Assembly: GCA_964469405.1 (NCBI GenBank)
Contig: CAYXYP010000005.1
Coordinates: forward strand, 54-64,053
Direction: 5' to 3'
From: an uncultured Candidatus Saccharibacteria bacterium
GTDB lineage: Bacteria; Patescibacteriota; Minisyncoccia; Phycocordibacterales; Phycocordibacteraceae
DNA length: 64,000 nt
Part shown: positions 9,321 to 17,752 of the stretch, piece by piece
Layout of the letters: every line of letters begins with the position of its first letter
How positions within the stretch are numbered: position 1 is the stretch's first letter
Translations under genes and position numbers: made by a program
Notes under the pieces: generated by a model
Database searches by the model: none
The model's input: only the letters and a program-made list of their open reading frames with translations
Told to the model about the DNA's origin: nothing

Positions 9321-10070
9321 TTATTGAGTTCCATGCGCAAATACACCTGCCACTTGCAGGGGAATACGAGCAACAGCAATGGAGAAATCATCGCCAATGC
9401 CTACGATAGTATCCATAGTGACATATGCGATTGCTGGTGCAGCGACCGCAATACCATATGCAAGAGTCACATCTGCCTCTATGACAGCATGTGTCGCATC
9501 TATTACAAATTCTCCAAACACGAGAGGCGCCTGCCCAATGATCGTCGGGAAATCTTGCAGTGTACCCATCGACTGCAGGAAGACGGGATTGGATTGGATT
9601 GCAATTGTGATAAATTCTGCTGCAATTGCAATGAAAACTATGAATACAGCCACAGCCACTACCTCAATCCATTGAGGAGTATTGTTCTTGGGTTTATAAG
9701 AATAAACACTGTGGTGCGTTGTTATAGTATGAGGCTCTCCAGAAGAAAATGTTACTGCTACAGCCGGAGGAGGTATGTAGTAGGCTTGTTGTTCCTGTAC
9801 GCGTGGAGGTACGGGCTCGGGTGTGAGTTTAGCTATTTTAGGTGCGAACTTTTTATGAGGTATCTGTTTCCCCTTTTTCGCAACGAAATGCTCGAGGGAA
9901 TTCTGCTCTATAAGCCAGCTTCGGCCCAGTCGACGTGCATTAATTTTCTTAGTCCGAACAAGATGTGCAACGTAACTCGATGTATATTTAAAAAGATTAG
10001 CCGCTTCTTTAGTCGTAATAAAACCTTCATGGAGAGTTGTAGTTTCATTCATATTGGATACGTCAATCAA
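9321..10070 (-). CDS. HTH_17-like (excisionase-type HTH) / single-TM protein, paralog B
   Basis: 249 aa. ITTKEAANLFKYTSSYVAHLVRTKKINARRLGRSWLIEQNSLEHF matches the excisionase-family HTH consensus. Pro-rich linker, TM helix WIEVVAVAVFIVFIAIAAEFITIAI, then an ~85-aa C-terminal tail. Lies 2 nt upstream of the 291-aa gene, so it is probably co-transcribed with the atp genes. Confidence 0.55.
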   Translation of the reverse strand: MIDVSNMNETTTLHEGFITTKEAANLFKYTSSYVAHLVRTKKINARRLGRSWLIEQNSLEHFVAKKGKQIPHKKFAPKIAKLTPEPVPPRVQEQQAYYIPPPAVAVTFSSGEPHTITTHHSVYSYKPKNNTPQWIEVVAVAVFIVFIAIAAEFITIAIQSNPVFLQSMGTLQDFPTIIGQAPLVFGEFVIDATHAVIEADVTLAYGIAVAAPAIAYVTMDTIVGIGDDFSIAVARIPLQVAGVFAHGTQ

Positions 10071-10103
10071 TTTTTATTTTACAGGATTTTTCTAAACAAA
10101 CAC

Positions 10104-10118
10104 TCCACACTGTGTGGA
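10104..10118. promoter_or_regulatory. Perfect 15-nt palindrome tccacactgtgtgga ~35 nt upstream of paralog B start (candidate operator)
   Basis: Inverted repeat 7-1-7 read directly from the sequence. Confidence 0.3.
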
Positions 10119-10298
10119 CAATGATTTCGTTAGAAAACTATTCCGACTAGATGCGCAAATAATATCCACCTCTAGGATGTTATTAGAGATAGATCAAACA
10201 ACTTGCTAAAAAAATAATCGCTAAGAAAATTAATTTTTACAATTCTGATGCTAAATATGCCAGCTTGTCATTGCGAGACAAGAAATCTTGCAAATAAA

Positions 10299-11081
10299 CT
10301 ACCTATTATATAGCGTTACTCCACTAAATGTACTTACTTGGGTAAACGAGGTTACATATGTGTCTAAATATCCAGTGTTAATTACGGCGAGAACAAGTAG
10401 GATTGCTGCAAATAACATCCCCACTATTGGTAACGCCCTTACTACAAGCGATTTATCTCTTCCTACCTCTGTGAACTCAACAATTTGGTTGTACTCCTTA
10501 TGCGGAATGTCTTTAGTATTAATAGGTAAAAGCTCCTTAGGGAGAGCTTCGTATACAACATGAATAGGCACGTTTACGTCGTTATCTTCACTCCCCTCTT
10601 CTGGAGCAGGGTCCTCCTTCCCTATCTCTTCTTTACCCAAATTTTCAGGTGTCGGAATCGGATTTACTTGCTCCGAATTCGCCTCTACATGATCAAACCA
10701 GGCTCGCCATGAGTCCTGTAGGCGATGAGCTACCCCTACATCCTCCTCTTGACTGCCTTCGGTGGCCGATATTCTCTCGTCCTTAAGATGATGTATTGAG
10801 GGAAGTTTTTCCGGCATAAAAGTCTCGTATCGAGGGGATTCCCAGGTAGTAGGGGGTACGGGCACGAGTGATTCTTCCTGTATTTTTTTCTCGGCTCCAT
10901 GTTCACCGAACCGATGGTCCTCAATAGCAGTTTCAAGAACATACCAACTACGTCCGACAAGTCTTGCCGGCACACGTCCCTCCCGACAGAGTTGTCCAAC
11001 ATAATCTTTTGCGTAGCCCGTTATTTTAGCGGCTCGTTTTGACGATACGTATTTCTTTTCTTCTATGAGGATCTCATCCAT
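10299..11081 (-). CDS. HTH_17-like / single-TM protein, paralog C
   Basis: 260 aa. VSSKRAAKITGYAKDYVGQLCREGRVPARLVGRSWYVLETAIEDH, a long acidic linker, TM helix LPIVGMLFAAILLVLAVI and a short C-terminal tail. Confidence 0.55.
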   Translation of the reverse strand: MDEILIEEKKYVSSKRAAKITGYAKDYVGQLCREGRVPARLVGRSWYVLETAIEDHRFGEHGAEKKIQEESLVPVPPTTWESPRYETFMPEKLPSIHHLKDERISATEGSQEEDVGVAHRLQDSWRAWFDHVEANSEQVNPIPTPENLGKEEIGKEDPAPEEGSEDNDVNVPIHVVYEALPKELLPINTKDIPHKEYNQIVEFTEVGRDKSLVVRALPIVGMLFAAILLVLAVINTGYLDTYVTSFTQVSTFSGVTLYNR

Positions 11082-11162
11082 AGCCGTAGTATAGCCATAT
11101 CTTGGCTAGTATGGAAGAGTTGTTCACACTCACCCTAGCAAGTCTCATTTCTCGTCTGCCAG

Positions 11163-12605
11163 TTAAGCAATTTCTTTTATAATTAAGTCTTTAAGCATAG
11201 CGGGGTTGCCCGCGCCCTTGGTCGCCTTCATGCTTTTCCCAATGAGATATTGTAGTGCTGCCGCCTTCCCGACACGGTACTCTTCAACAGCCCGTACCTC
11301 TTCTTTAAGTACTTCTCGAATAGCCGACAGGAGAACCTCGGCATCGTGAGACTGTATGAGACCATGTTCTTTTGCGATCAACTCTGGATCGCCACCGGCT
11401 CTATACAGCCTGACGAGAATGTCCTTTGCGCCTCGTGAAGATACATCCCCTTCTTGAATCATCCTCATAAGTTTTGAAAATCCCTTAGAAAAATCCATTG
11501 CGTCAGGAGTGCTCGCTGGCTCGGGTGCGTTCGTGTCATCTTGCATAAGACCAACGATATCCGAAACGATATAATTCGCAGCTAGACTGATGAGAGTCGT
11601 ATTATTATTGTTTGAAGCGTTCTTGATTACATTTTCAAATAAATCATTTATGAATTTATTTTCCGGCTGAATAAGCACGCCAACATATTCCTTGCGCACA
11701 CCGAGTGATTCGTAACGAGCACGACGCTCCCATGGAAGTTCCGGTAATGCTGCTTCCAATTTCTCTGAGGAAAATTCAGAAATCTCTGAGAGAAAAAGTT
11801 TCGGTAAATCTGGTTCTGGAAAGTAACGGTAATCGGCGCTTCCCTCTTTGAAACGCTGGTGAAAAGTTACTTGTTTTGTTTCGTCCCATCCGCGAGTCTC
11901 TTGCGCCACCTTCCCCCCTGTTTCAAGGAGGGCAATCTGCCGTTCTATCTCAAACGCAATAGCACGCTCAACAGAACGAAATGAGTTGATATTTTTCACC
12001 TCAACTTTCGTGCCAAACTTGCTCTCATCAGCCGAAACAGAGATATTCGCTTCTATGCGCATTTCGCCTTTTTCAAGGTTTGCTTCGCTTGCGCCAAGCG
12101 TGCGGAGGAGGAGCTGTAATTCGCGTGCAAAGCGCCCCGCCGTCTCGGCATCTTTCAGTACCGGTTCCGTAACCAGTTCCATAAGTGGGATACCGGCGCG
12201 ATTGAAATCAACAAGACTCTTTCCCGCAGTATGAATCGAGCGTGCGGTGTCCTCTTCGAGATGCACTCGAGTAATCGCAACGCCCAGGAGTTCGCCGCCA
12301 CTAATAAATGGGTGCTCATATTGACTGATCTGATACCCCTTCGGAATATCCGGGTAGAAATAACTTTTTCGATCAAATTCACTAAAGTCAGCAATCTTGC
12401 CTTTGATCGCAGTTCCGATACGCATAATATGCTTCACCGCTTCTTGATTGATGATTGGCAAAGTACCCGGGTGTGCCATGCAAACCGGACACACATTTAT
12501 ATTAGGCCGCATTTCATCAGGATCATTCGCAGAATCGCAGAACATTTTAGTTCGCGTTTTCAATTCAGCATGGACTTCAAGACCAATGGTTGGGCGGTAC
12601 ATCAT
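11163..12605 (-). CDS. gatB: Asp/Glu-tRNA amidotransferase subunit B
   Basis: 480 aa. PTIGLEVHAELKT...CPVCMAHPGTLP; typical GatB. Confidence 0.95.
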   Translation of the reverse strand: MMYRPTIGLEVHAELKTRTKMFCDSANDPDEMRPNINVCPVCMAHPGTLPIINQEAVKHIMRIGTAIKGKIADFSEFDRKSYFYPDIPKGYQISQYEHPFISGGELLGVAITRVHLEEDTARSIHTAGKSLVDFNRAGIPLMELVTEPVLKDAETAGRFARELQLLLRTLGASEANLEKGEMRIEANISVSADESKFGTKVEVKNINSFRSVERAIAFEIERQIALLETGGKVAQETRGWDETKQVTFHQRFKEGSADYRYFPEPDLPKLFLSEISEFSSEKLEAALPELPWERRARYESLGVRKEYVGVLIQPENKFINDLFENVIKNASNNNNTTLISLAANYIVSDIVGLMQDDTNAPEPASTPDAMDFSKGFSKLMRMIQEGDVSSRGAKDILVRLYRAGGDPELIAKEHGLIQSHDAEVLLSAIREVLKEEVRAVEEYRVGKAAALQYLIGKSMKATKGAGNPAMLKDLIIKEIA

Positions 12606-12671
12606 GGACTATATGGAGTATGGAGGTAGTCTATAGCAGATAGCACAGCGGGGGAAGCTCCCTTCAACCGG

Positions 12672-13649
12672 TTATGTCCCGGTCGAAAATATCTTAATGA
12701 GCGTATCTGAAAATTTCTTTAAAGCTTTAGCGTCCTCTACCGAAACGGAGAGCACGTCCCTTCCTGTCTCCATACTAAGTAACTGCATCTTTATTTTGCA
12801 CTCTTCTGGAGTAATGAGGTCCGTCTTAGATAAGACTATTATTTCACGCTTCGAAGTCAAACCGTGTCCAAACAATTCTATTTCTCTATGTACCTCTTTA
12901 TATGCGGCCAAAGTATCGTCTTGATCTGCCGAGACAAGATGCAAAAGAATACCTGTTCTTTCAACATGTCTTAGGAACTTTATACCGAGACCTCGGCCAG
13001 ACGAGGCTCCTTCTATAAGTCCTGGTATGTCGGCGAGTATATAGCCGTACAGCTCACCGAGGTTTGGTTCGAGTGTTGTAAATGGGTAGTCGCCAACCTT
13101 TGACTTGGCCCGCGTAAGAGCATTTAAAAGCGATGATTTCCCTGCATTTGGTAATCCTATTAGTCCTGCATCCGCAATAATCTTAAGCGTGAGCTCAAGA
13201 GCCCCACCCTTCCCTTTTTTGCCCAGCGTCTGCTCGAAAGGATTCTGATTTGTTGAACTCTTAAAGCGGGCGTTACCGAGCCCTCCTTTACCGCCGCGAA
13301 AGAGAACGATCTGTTCATCTTCCTTTGAAATCTCATACTCCTCACCGGTCTCTACGACACGCACAAATGTTCCAACTGGTACCTTGAGCAGAGTATCTGC
13401 GCCGTCTTTACCCTGCTTCAATTCTCCCTTTCCCGCTACGCCATCTTCAGCATGAAATTTCTTCTCGTAACGATAGTGTGCCAGGGCAGCAAGATCGCGT
13501 ACGCCAACAAGAATGACGTCCCCGCCTCGGCCACCGTCACCCCCAGAAGGCCCCCCTCGTGCGGATTCTTTGGTACGGAGCCATCGGACGACACCGTCGC
13601 CTCCTTTCCCCGACTCCGCATGTATTTTTGCCTCATCAACAAATGCCAT
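12672..13649 (-). CDS. obg: GTPase Obg
   Basis: 325 aa. Gly-rich N-terminal Obg fold (GGDGGRGGDVIL) and a G domain (ADIPGLIEGAS). Confidence 0.95.
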   Translation of the reverse strand: MAFVDEAKIHAESGKGGDGVVRWLRTKESARGGPSGGDGGRGGDVILVGVRDLAALAHYRYEKKFHAEDGVAGKGELKQGKDGADTLLKVPVGTFVRVVETGEEYEISKEDEQIVLFRGGKGGLGNARFKSSTNQNPFEQTLGKKGKGGALELTLKIIADAGLIGLPNAGKSSLLNALTRAKSKVGDYPFTTLEPNLGELYGYILADIPGLIEGASSGRGLGIKFLRHVERTGILLHLVSADQDDTLAAYKEVHREIELFGHGLTSKREIIVLSKTDLITPEECKIKMQLLSMETGRDVLSVSVEDAKALKKFSDTLIKIFSTGT

Positions 13650-13682
13650 AGATGCACCTTAGCACAAAACGGAAATTGGGGT

Positions 13683-16280
13683 TTAGGTAACGATTTCCCA
13701 GCCTTCTGCCAAAAGCGGCTCTGCTTTTTTGAATTTAAGCGTCTGCGTCGTATCACCTTTCTTGATAGTGACGAAATCATTGCGATTATGCTGAAACACT
13801 TTCTTGATAGGGGTAGACGCACTTTCTTCTTCCTTGCCAGCCGAGAGCGCTGCGGTTCGCACTTTTGCTTCTTCAGCACGAATACGGGCATCCTCCGCCG
13901 GAACAAGCCGCGGTAATGCTTCGGTAACCGCCGTACTGATACTCTCTTCGAGCTGCCGGAACCGCATAAGCCCCTCGCGCCGATACTCTATCAGTGGGTC
14001 TCTCTGGCCATATGCTCGAAGCGACACCGAGCGTCGCAAATAATCCATAGTCTCAAGATGTTCAAACCAAAACGTATCGACAACTTGCAAAAGAAGGCGC
14101 CGCAGATGCGCAATAAACGAATCGCCAAATTCAATTTTCTTTGCGGCAAGGATGGCTTCCACATCAGACCCTCCGCGCGTTCCTTCGGACGTCGTATGTT
14201 CGGAGGTGTGCTCCCCACCCCCCGCATCAGAACTCCCGCCAGGAAGTGTTTTGTCACCGAGAAGTACGCGGATAAGTTCTTCCATCTCAGCATCGCTTCC
14301 GATAAGTGCGGCGCGGCGGCGTGCGTACATAGCGAGACGCTGAGTGTTCATCACGTCATCGTAGGCAAGAACTTGTTTGCGCGAGTCGAAGTTGAATCCC
14401 TCAATCCGTTCCTGTGCGGTTTCTAAAGAACGTGTAATCATCGAACTCTCAATCGGCTCGTCCTCGGGAATACCAAATCCGCCCATCACTTTTTTTAACG
14501 TCTCTGAGGCAAAGACCCGCATAAGCTTGTCCTCCAAGGAAACATAAAAACGCGTCTCGCCCGGATCACCCTGACGACCGGAACGCCCGCGCAACTGATT
14601 GTCGATACGGCGCGCATCATGCCGCTCGGTACCGATCACCGCAAGTCCACCTTTCTCAAGAATTGCAGCGCGCTCTTCGTTTGAAGCGAGCGCCCCGCCA
14701 AGCTTGATATCAACGCCACGACCAGCAAGATTTGTTGCAACCGTCACTCGACCTTCCTTGCCTGCCTCGGCAATGATCTCACCCTCACGCTCATGATTCT
14801 TCGCGTTCAATACCTCGTGGGGAACGCCCGCGCTAGTGAGATACGTACTCACTAGCTCATTATCCTCGATGGAGACCGTCCCTACGAGTACCGGCTGTCC
14901 ACGTTCATGTCGCTCCTTCACTGCGCGCGCAACAGCACGATACTTGCCGGCAGTAGTTTGGAAGATTGCATCATCATAATCTTTACGCTTCAAGGGTTTA
15001 TTGGTCGGCACTACAACAACCTCAAGTCCATAGACCGTATAAAATTCTTCCTCGGAGGAGAGGCCTGTGCCCGTCATGCCAGCAAGCCGCTTGTACATGC
15101 GGAAAAGATTTTGAAATGTGACTGTCGCATACGTCCGCGTTTCCTCATGTATGCTCACACCCTCTTTTGCCTCAATCGCCTGATGCAGACCCTCAGACCA
15201 ACGTCGCCCGGGCTGCATCCTTCCGGTAAATTCATCCACGATAACGATCTCATTGTCACGTACGACATATTCCTTGTCCTTATGGAAAAGGGCTTTCGCG
15301 CGCACCGCCGTCTCGAGATGGTGCGCGTATTTTACCCCTCCTTCCGTGTAAATATTTTCAAGACCAAGTGCAACTTCAGCTTTGTGCATTCCTGACTCGG
15401 TGATTTGAATCGCCTTCTGTTTCTCATCAACGGTATAGTCTTCATTTTCGTTCATGTTGCGGACGATCCCCACAAAACGTTCGTAGAACCCTTGCGAATC
15501 ACCTGCAGGTCCCGAGATAATGAGCGGTGTGCGAGCTTCGTCTATGAGAATAGAGTCGACCTCGTCGATAATCGCGTAGTGATACTCCCGTTGGACGATC
15601 TGTGATGCGTCGTAGGCGGTGTTGTCGCGCAGATAATCAAAACCGAGTTCGTTGTTGGTTACATAGGTGATGTCGGCGGCATATGCTTCTTTTTTGGTTA
15701 CGGGATGTAGATAGTCATAGAACACCTTGAACGAACCTTCGACATCGCGTTCTGCATCTTCTTCGGGAGCAATGTGTGAAGCGTCATACCGGTACGAACC
15801 GGCCCCCGTGACAACGCCGACCGTAAGGCCATAGAAGTTATAGACCTGCCCCATCCATACACCGTCACGACGAGCGAGGTAATCATTCACGGTGACGACT
15901 TGGACACCATTGCCCGCAAGTGCATGGAAGGTCGCCGGAAGCGTAGCAACAAGCGTTTTACCTTCGCCGGTACGCATTTCAGAAATTTTGCCTCGCAGTA
16001 GAGATAACCCGCCAATGAGCTGTACATCGAAATGGGGCTGGTGGAGCGTACGGCGCGCCGCCTCGCGTACGAGCGCAAACACCAGCGGAATATCTGTTTC
16101 AGGAGTCGCGCCAGCTGTCTTCGCCCGAGTGCGCACTTCGAGTAATCGTTCACGCAATGTGGAATCGGGGAGTCCAACAAATTCCTCTGTGAACGTATTT
16201 GTCTCCGTAATAACGGGCGCCGCAGCCTTTAAAAAGGCCGCGGATTGATTTTTTGAAAAAAAGCGAGACAGTCCGAACAT
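13683..16280 (-). CDS. secA: Preprotein translocase ATPase SecA
   Basis: 865 aa. MRTGEGKTLVATLPA Walker A and VTVNDYLARRD; classic SecA. Confidence 0.95.
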   Translation of the reverse strand: MFGLSRFFSKNQSAAFLKAAAPVITETNTFTEEFVGLPDSTLRERLLEVRTRAKTAGATPETDIPLVFALVREAARRTLHQPHFDVQLIGGLSLLRGKISEMRTGEGKTLVATLPATFHALAGNGVQVVTVNDYLARRDGVWMGQVYNFYGLTVGVVTGAGSYRYDASHIAPEEDAERDVEGSFKVFYDYLHPVTKKEAYAADITYVTNNELGFDYLRDNTAYDASQIVQREYHYAIIDEVDSILIDEARTPLIISGPAGDSQGFYERFVGIVRNMNENEDYTVDEKQKAIQITESGMHKAEVALGLENIYTEGGVKYAHHLETAVRAKALFHKDKEYVVRDNEIVIVDEFTGRMQPGRRWSEGLHQAIEAKEGVSIHEETRTYATVTFQNLFRMYKRLAGMTGTGLSSEEEFYTVYGLEVVVVPTNKPLKRKDYDDAIFQTTAGKYRAVARAVKERHERGQPVLVGTVSIEDNELVSTYLTSAGVPHEVLNAKNHEREGEIIAEAGKEGRVTVATNLAGRGVDIKLGGALASNEERAAILEKGGLAVIGTERHDARRIDNQLRGRSGRQGDPGETRFYVSLEDKLMRVFASETLKKVMGGFGIPEDEPIESSMITRSLETAQERIEGFNFDSRKQVLAYDDVMNTQRLAMYARRRAALIGSDAEMEELIRVLLGDKTLPGGSSDAGGGEHTSEHTTSEGTRGGSDVEAILAAKKIEFGDSFIAHLRRLLLQVVDTFWFEHLETMDYLRRSVSLRAYGQRDPLIEYRREGLMRFRQLEESISTAVTEALPRLVPAEDARIRAEEAKVRTAALSAGKEEESASTPIKKVFQHNRNDFVTIKKGDTTQTLKFKKAEPLLAEGWEIVT

Positions 16281-16316
16281 TGCGGCATACTATATCACCT
16301 AATGTACTCGGTGGCT

Positions 16317-16360
16317 AAAAAGAAAAACGTCCCGCTGTATGCGGGGCGTTTTTCTTTTTA
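16317..16360. terminator. Bidirectional rho-independent terminator
   Basis: aaaaagaaaaa, then cgtcccgc tgtat gcggggcg (8-bp GC stem with one G-U pair), then tttttcttttt. Confidence 0.7.
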
Positions 16361-16383
16361 GCCTACAGTTGTGAGGCAGCTAT

Positions 16384-16464
16384 AAAACTAACGACGCTTT
16401 TTTGCCGCTTTGCGCTTCTTTGTCTTTTTTACTGCCTTCTTCGCTGCCTTACGCTTTTTTGCCA
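16384..16464 (-). CDS. Tiny Lys/Ala-rich basic peptide (26 aa), hypothetical
   Basis: Translates to MAKKRKAAKKAVKKTKKRKAAKKRR. Sits between an AT-rich promoter-like region (16470-16690) and the terminator above. No recognisable SD. Confidence 0.25.
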
Positions 16465-16693
16465 TGATGAGTACGAATTATGTATGGTGGCTGATAAGTC
16501 GACCCGTCTACACGCGAAAATAAATTTTCATGCGCAAACGTCTCTAGATAGTATTATTGCGCGTAAAAAAACTTTATGTAACAAAATAAAATAAAATGTG
16601 GATAACTTTCTAAAAAACTTAAAAAGTTATTTTTAAAGAACTGTGCACTGTCTCCAAATTATTTGCTGTATATGATTCCTCATAGAGACTCAA

Positions 16694-17707
16694 TCATGTA
16701 CCGAACATTTCTACTTCGCGTTCAATCGTGATGCCTGTCGCGGCGTGCACACGTTTTTCAACTTCAGAGGCAAGAGCGTCGACCTCGATCGCGTGTGCTC
16801 CAGCTTGTGCGACAATAACAAGAGGGTGCCTTTCATAGAGTCGTGCACGACCTATCGAAAATCCCTTGAGCAAAAGCGCGTGGTCGAGAAACCACGCAAG
16901 TGATATTTTTATAGAACCATCTGTTTGAGGGAATGTCGGCATGATGGGGAAACGTCTTGTGAGCTCATCAGCGTGCTCACGGGAAATAACGGGATTTTTG
17001 AAAAAAGAACCTGCGCTTCCTTCTTGAACATCTTGTGGGAACTTCAATGCTCGAATGCCTCGAATGGTACGGGCAATTTCTTTAGGCGTTGTGAGCGGAG
17101 CGCCTGTTGCCTGTACACGAAGAAGATCGGGGTACGTGATGTTCGGCACTGCACGTTTCGTGAGACGGAGTGCGACCCGGATGATGATATATCCTCGGTG
17201 CTGTTTGAAAAAACTGGTGCGATATGCAAATGAAGCCTCGGTAGAAGTTATGCGCCGAGGCAAGCCCGTCGCAGTATCAATAACATCGGCGTATGCAAAT
17301 ACGTCCTTGAACTCAGCGCCATACGCGCCGATATTTTGTACCGAGGCACCTCCAATCGTTCCCGGAATACCAGCAAGATTCTCTATGCCAAAAAAACCCC
17401 GTGTAGTCGCACGGTCGACAACGTCTTCCCATACAGCTCCGGCGCCTGCAACAAGCAACGCATCATCGCCAACATTCTCAAATGTAATATCGCCCACCAA
17501 CATCCTCACAACAACGCCAGCAACACCCGCATCAGGCACCAACACATTACTACCTCCACCTAACGTATAGAGCGGCAGTTTGTTCTCACGCGCGCAGACA
17601 ATCGCATCTTCAATATCTTTGACGGTGAATACTTCTTTGAGAAATGATGCTGGTCCGCCAATATGAAATGTGGTGAGTGGCGCAATTTGCACATCCTTTG
17701 AAATCAT
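16694..17707 (-). CDS. murB: UDP-N-acetylenolpyruvoylglucosamine reductase
   Basis: 337 aa. FAD-binding N-terminus (FHIGGPASF...LGGGSNVLV) and MurB C-terminal domain. Confidence 0.9.
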   Translation of the reverse strand: MISKDVQIAPLTTFHIGGPASFLKEVFTVKDIEDAIVCARENKLPLYTLGGGSNVLVPDAGVAGVVVRMLVGDITFENVGDDALLVAGAGAVWEDVVDRATTRGFFGIENLAGIPGTIGGASVQNIGAYGAEFKDVFAYADVIDTATGLPRRITSTEASFAYRTSFFKQHRGYIIIRVALRLTKRAVPNITYPDLLRVQATGAPLTTPKEIARTIRGIRALKFPQDVQEGSAGSFFKNPVISREHADELTRRFPIMPTFPQTDGSIKISLAWFLDHALLLKGFSIGRARLYERHPLVIVAQAGAHAIEVDALASEVEKRVHAATGITIEREVEMFGT

Positions 17708-17752
17708 TGCCGATGTATATCAAACATCCGTACGTGAAAGAGGTTTGATTAT

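Noticed and set aside
9324-10124. 266-aa plus-strand ORF overlapping the HTH-TM gene
   Set aside because: Cys/Tyr/Arg-rich nonsense-like sequence. The opposite strand encodes a protein with clear HTH and TM features.
17055-17570. 171-aa plus-strand ORF inside murB
   Set aside because: Antisense to a well-supported murB. Composition is Ala/Arg/Pro/Ser-rich, typical of a shadow ORF.
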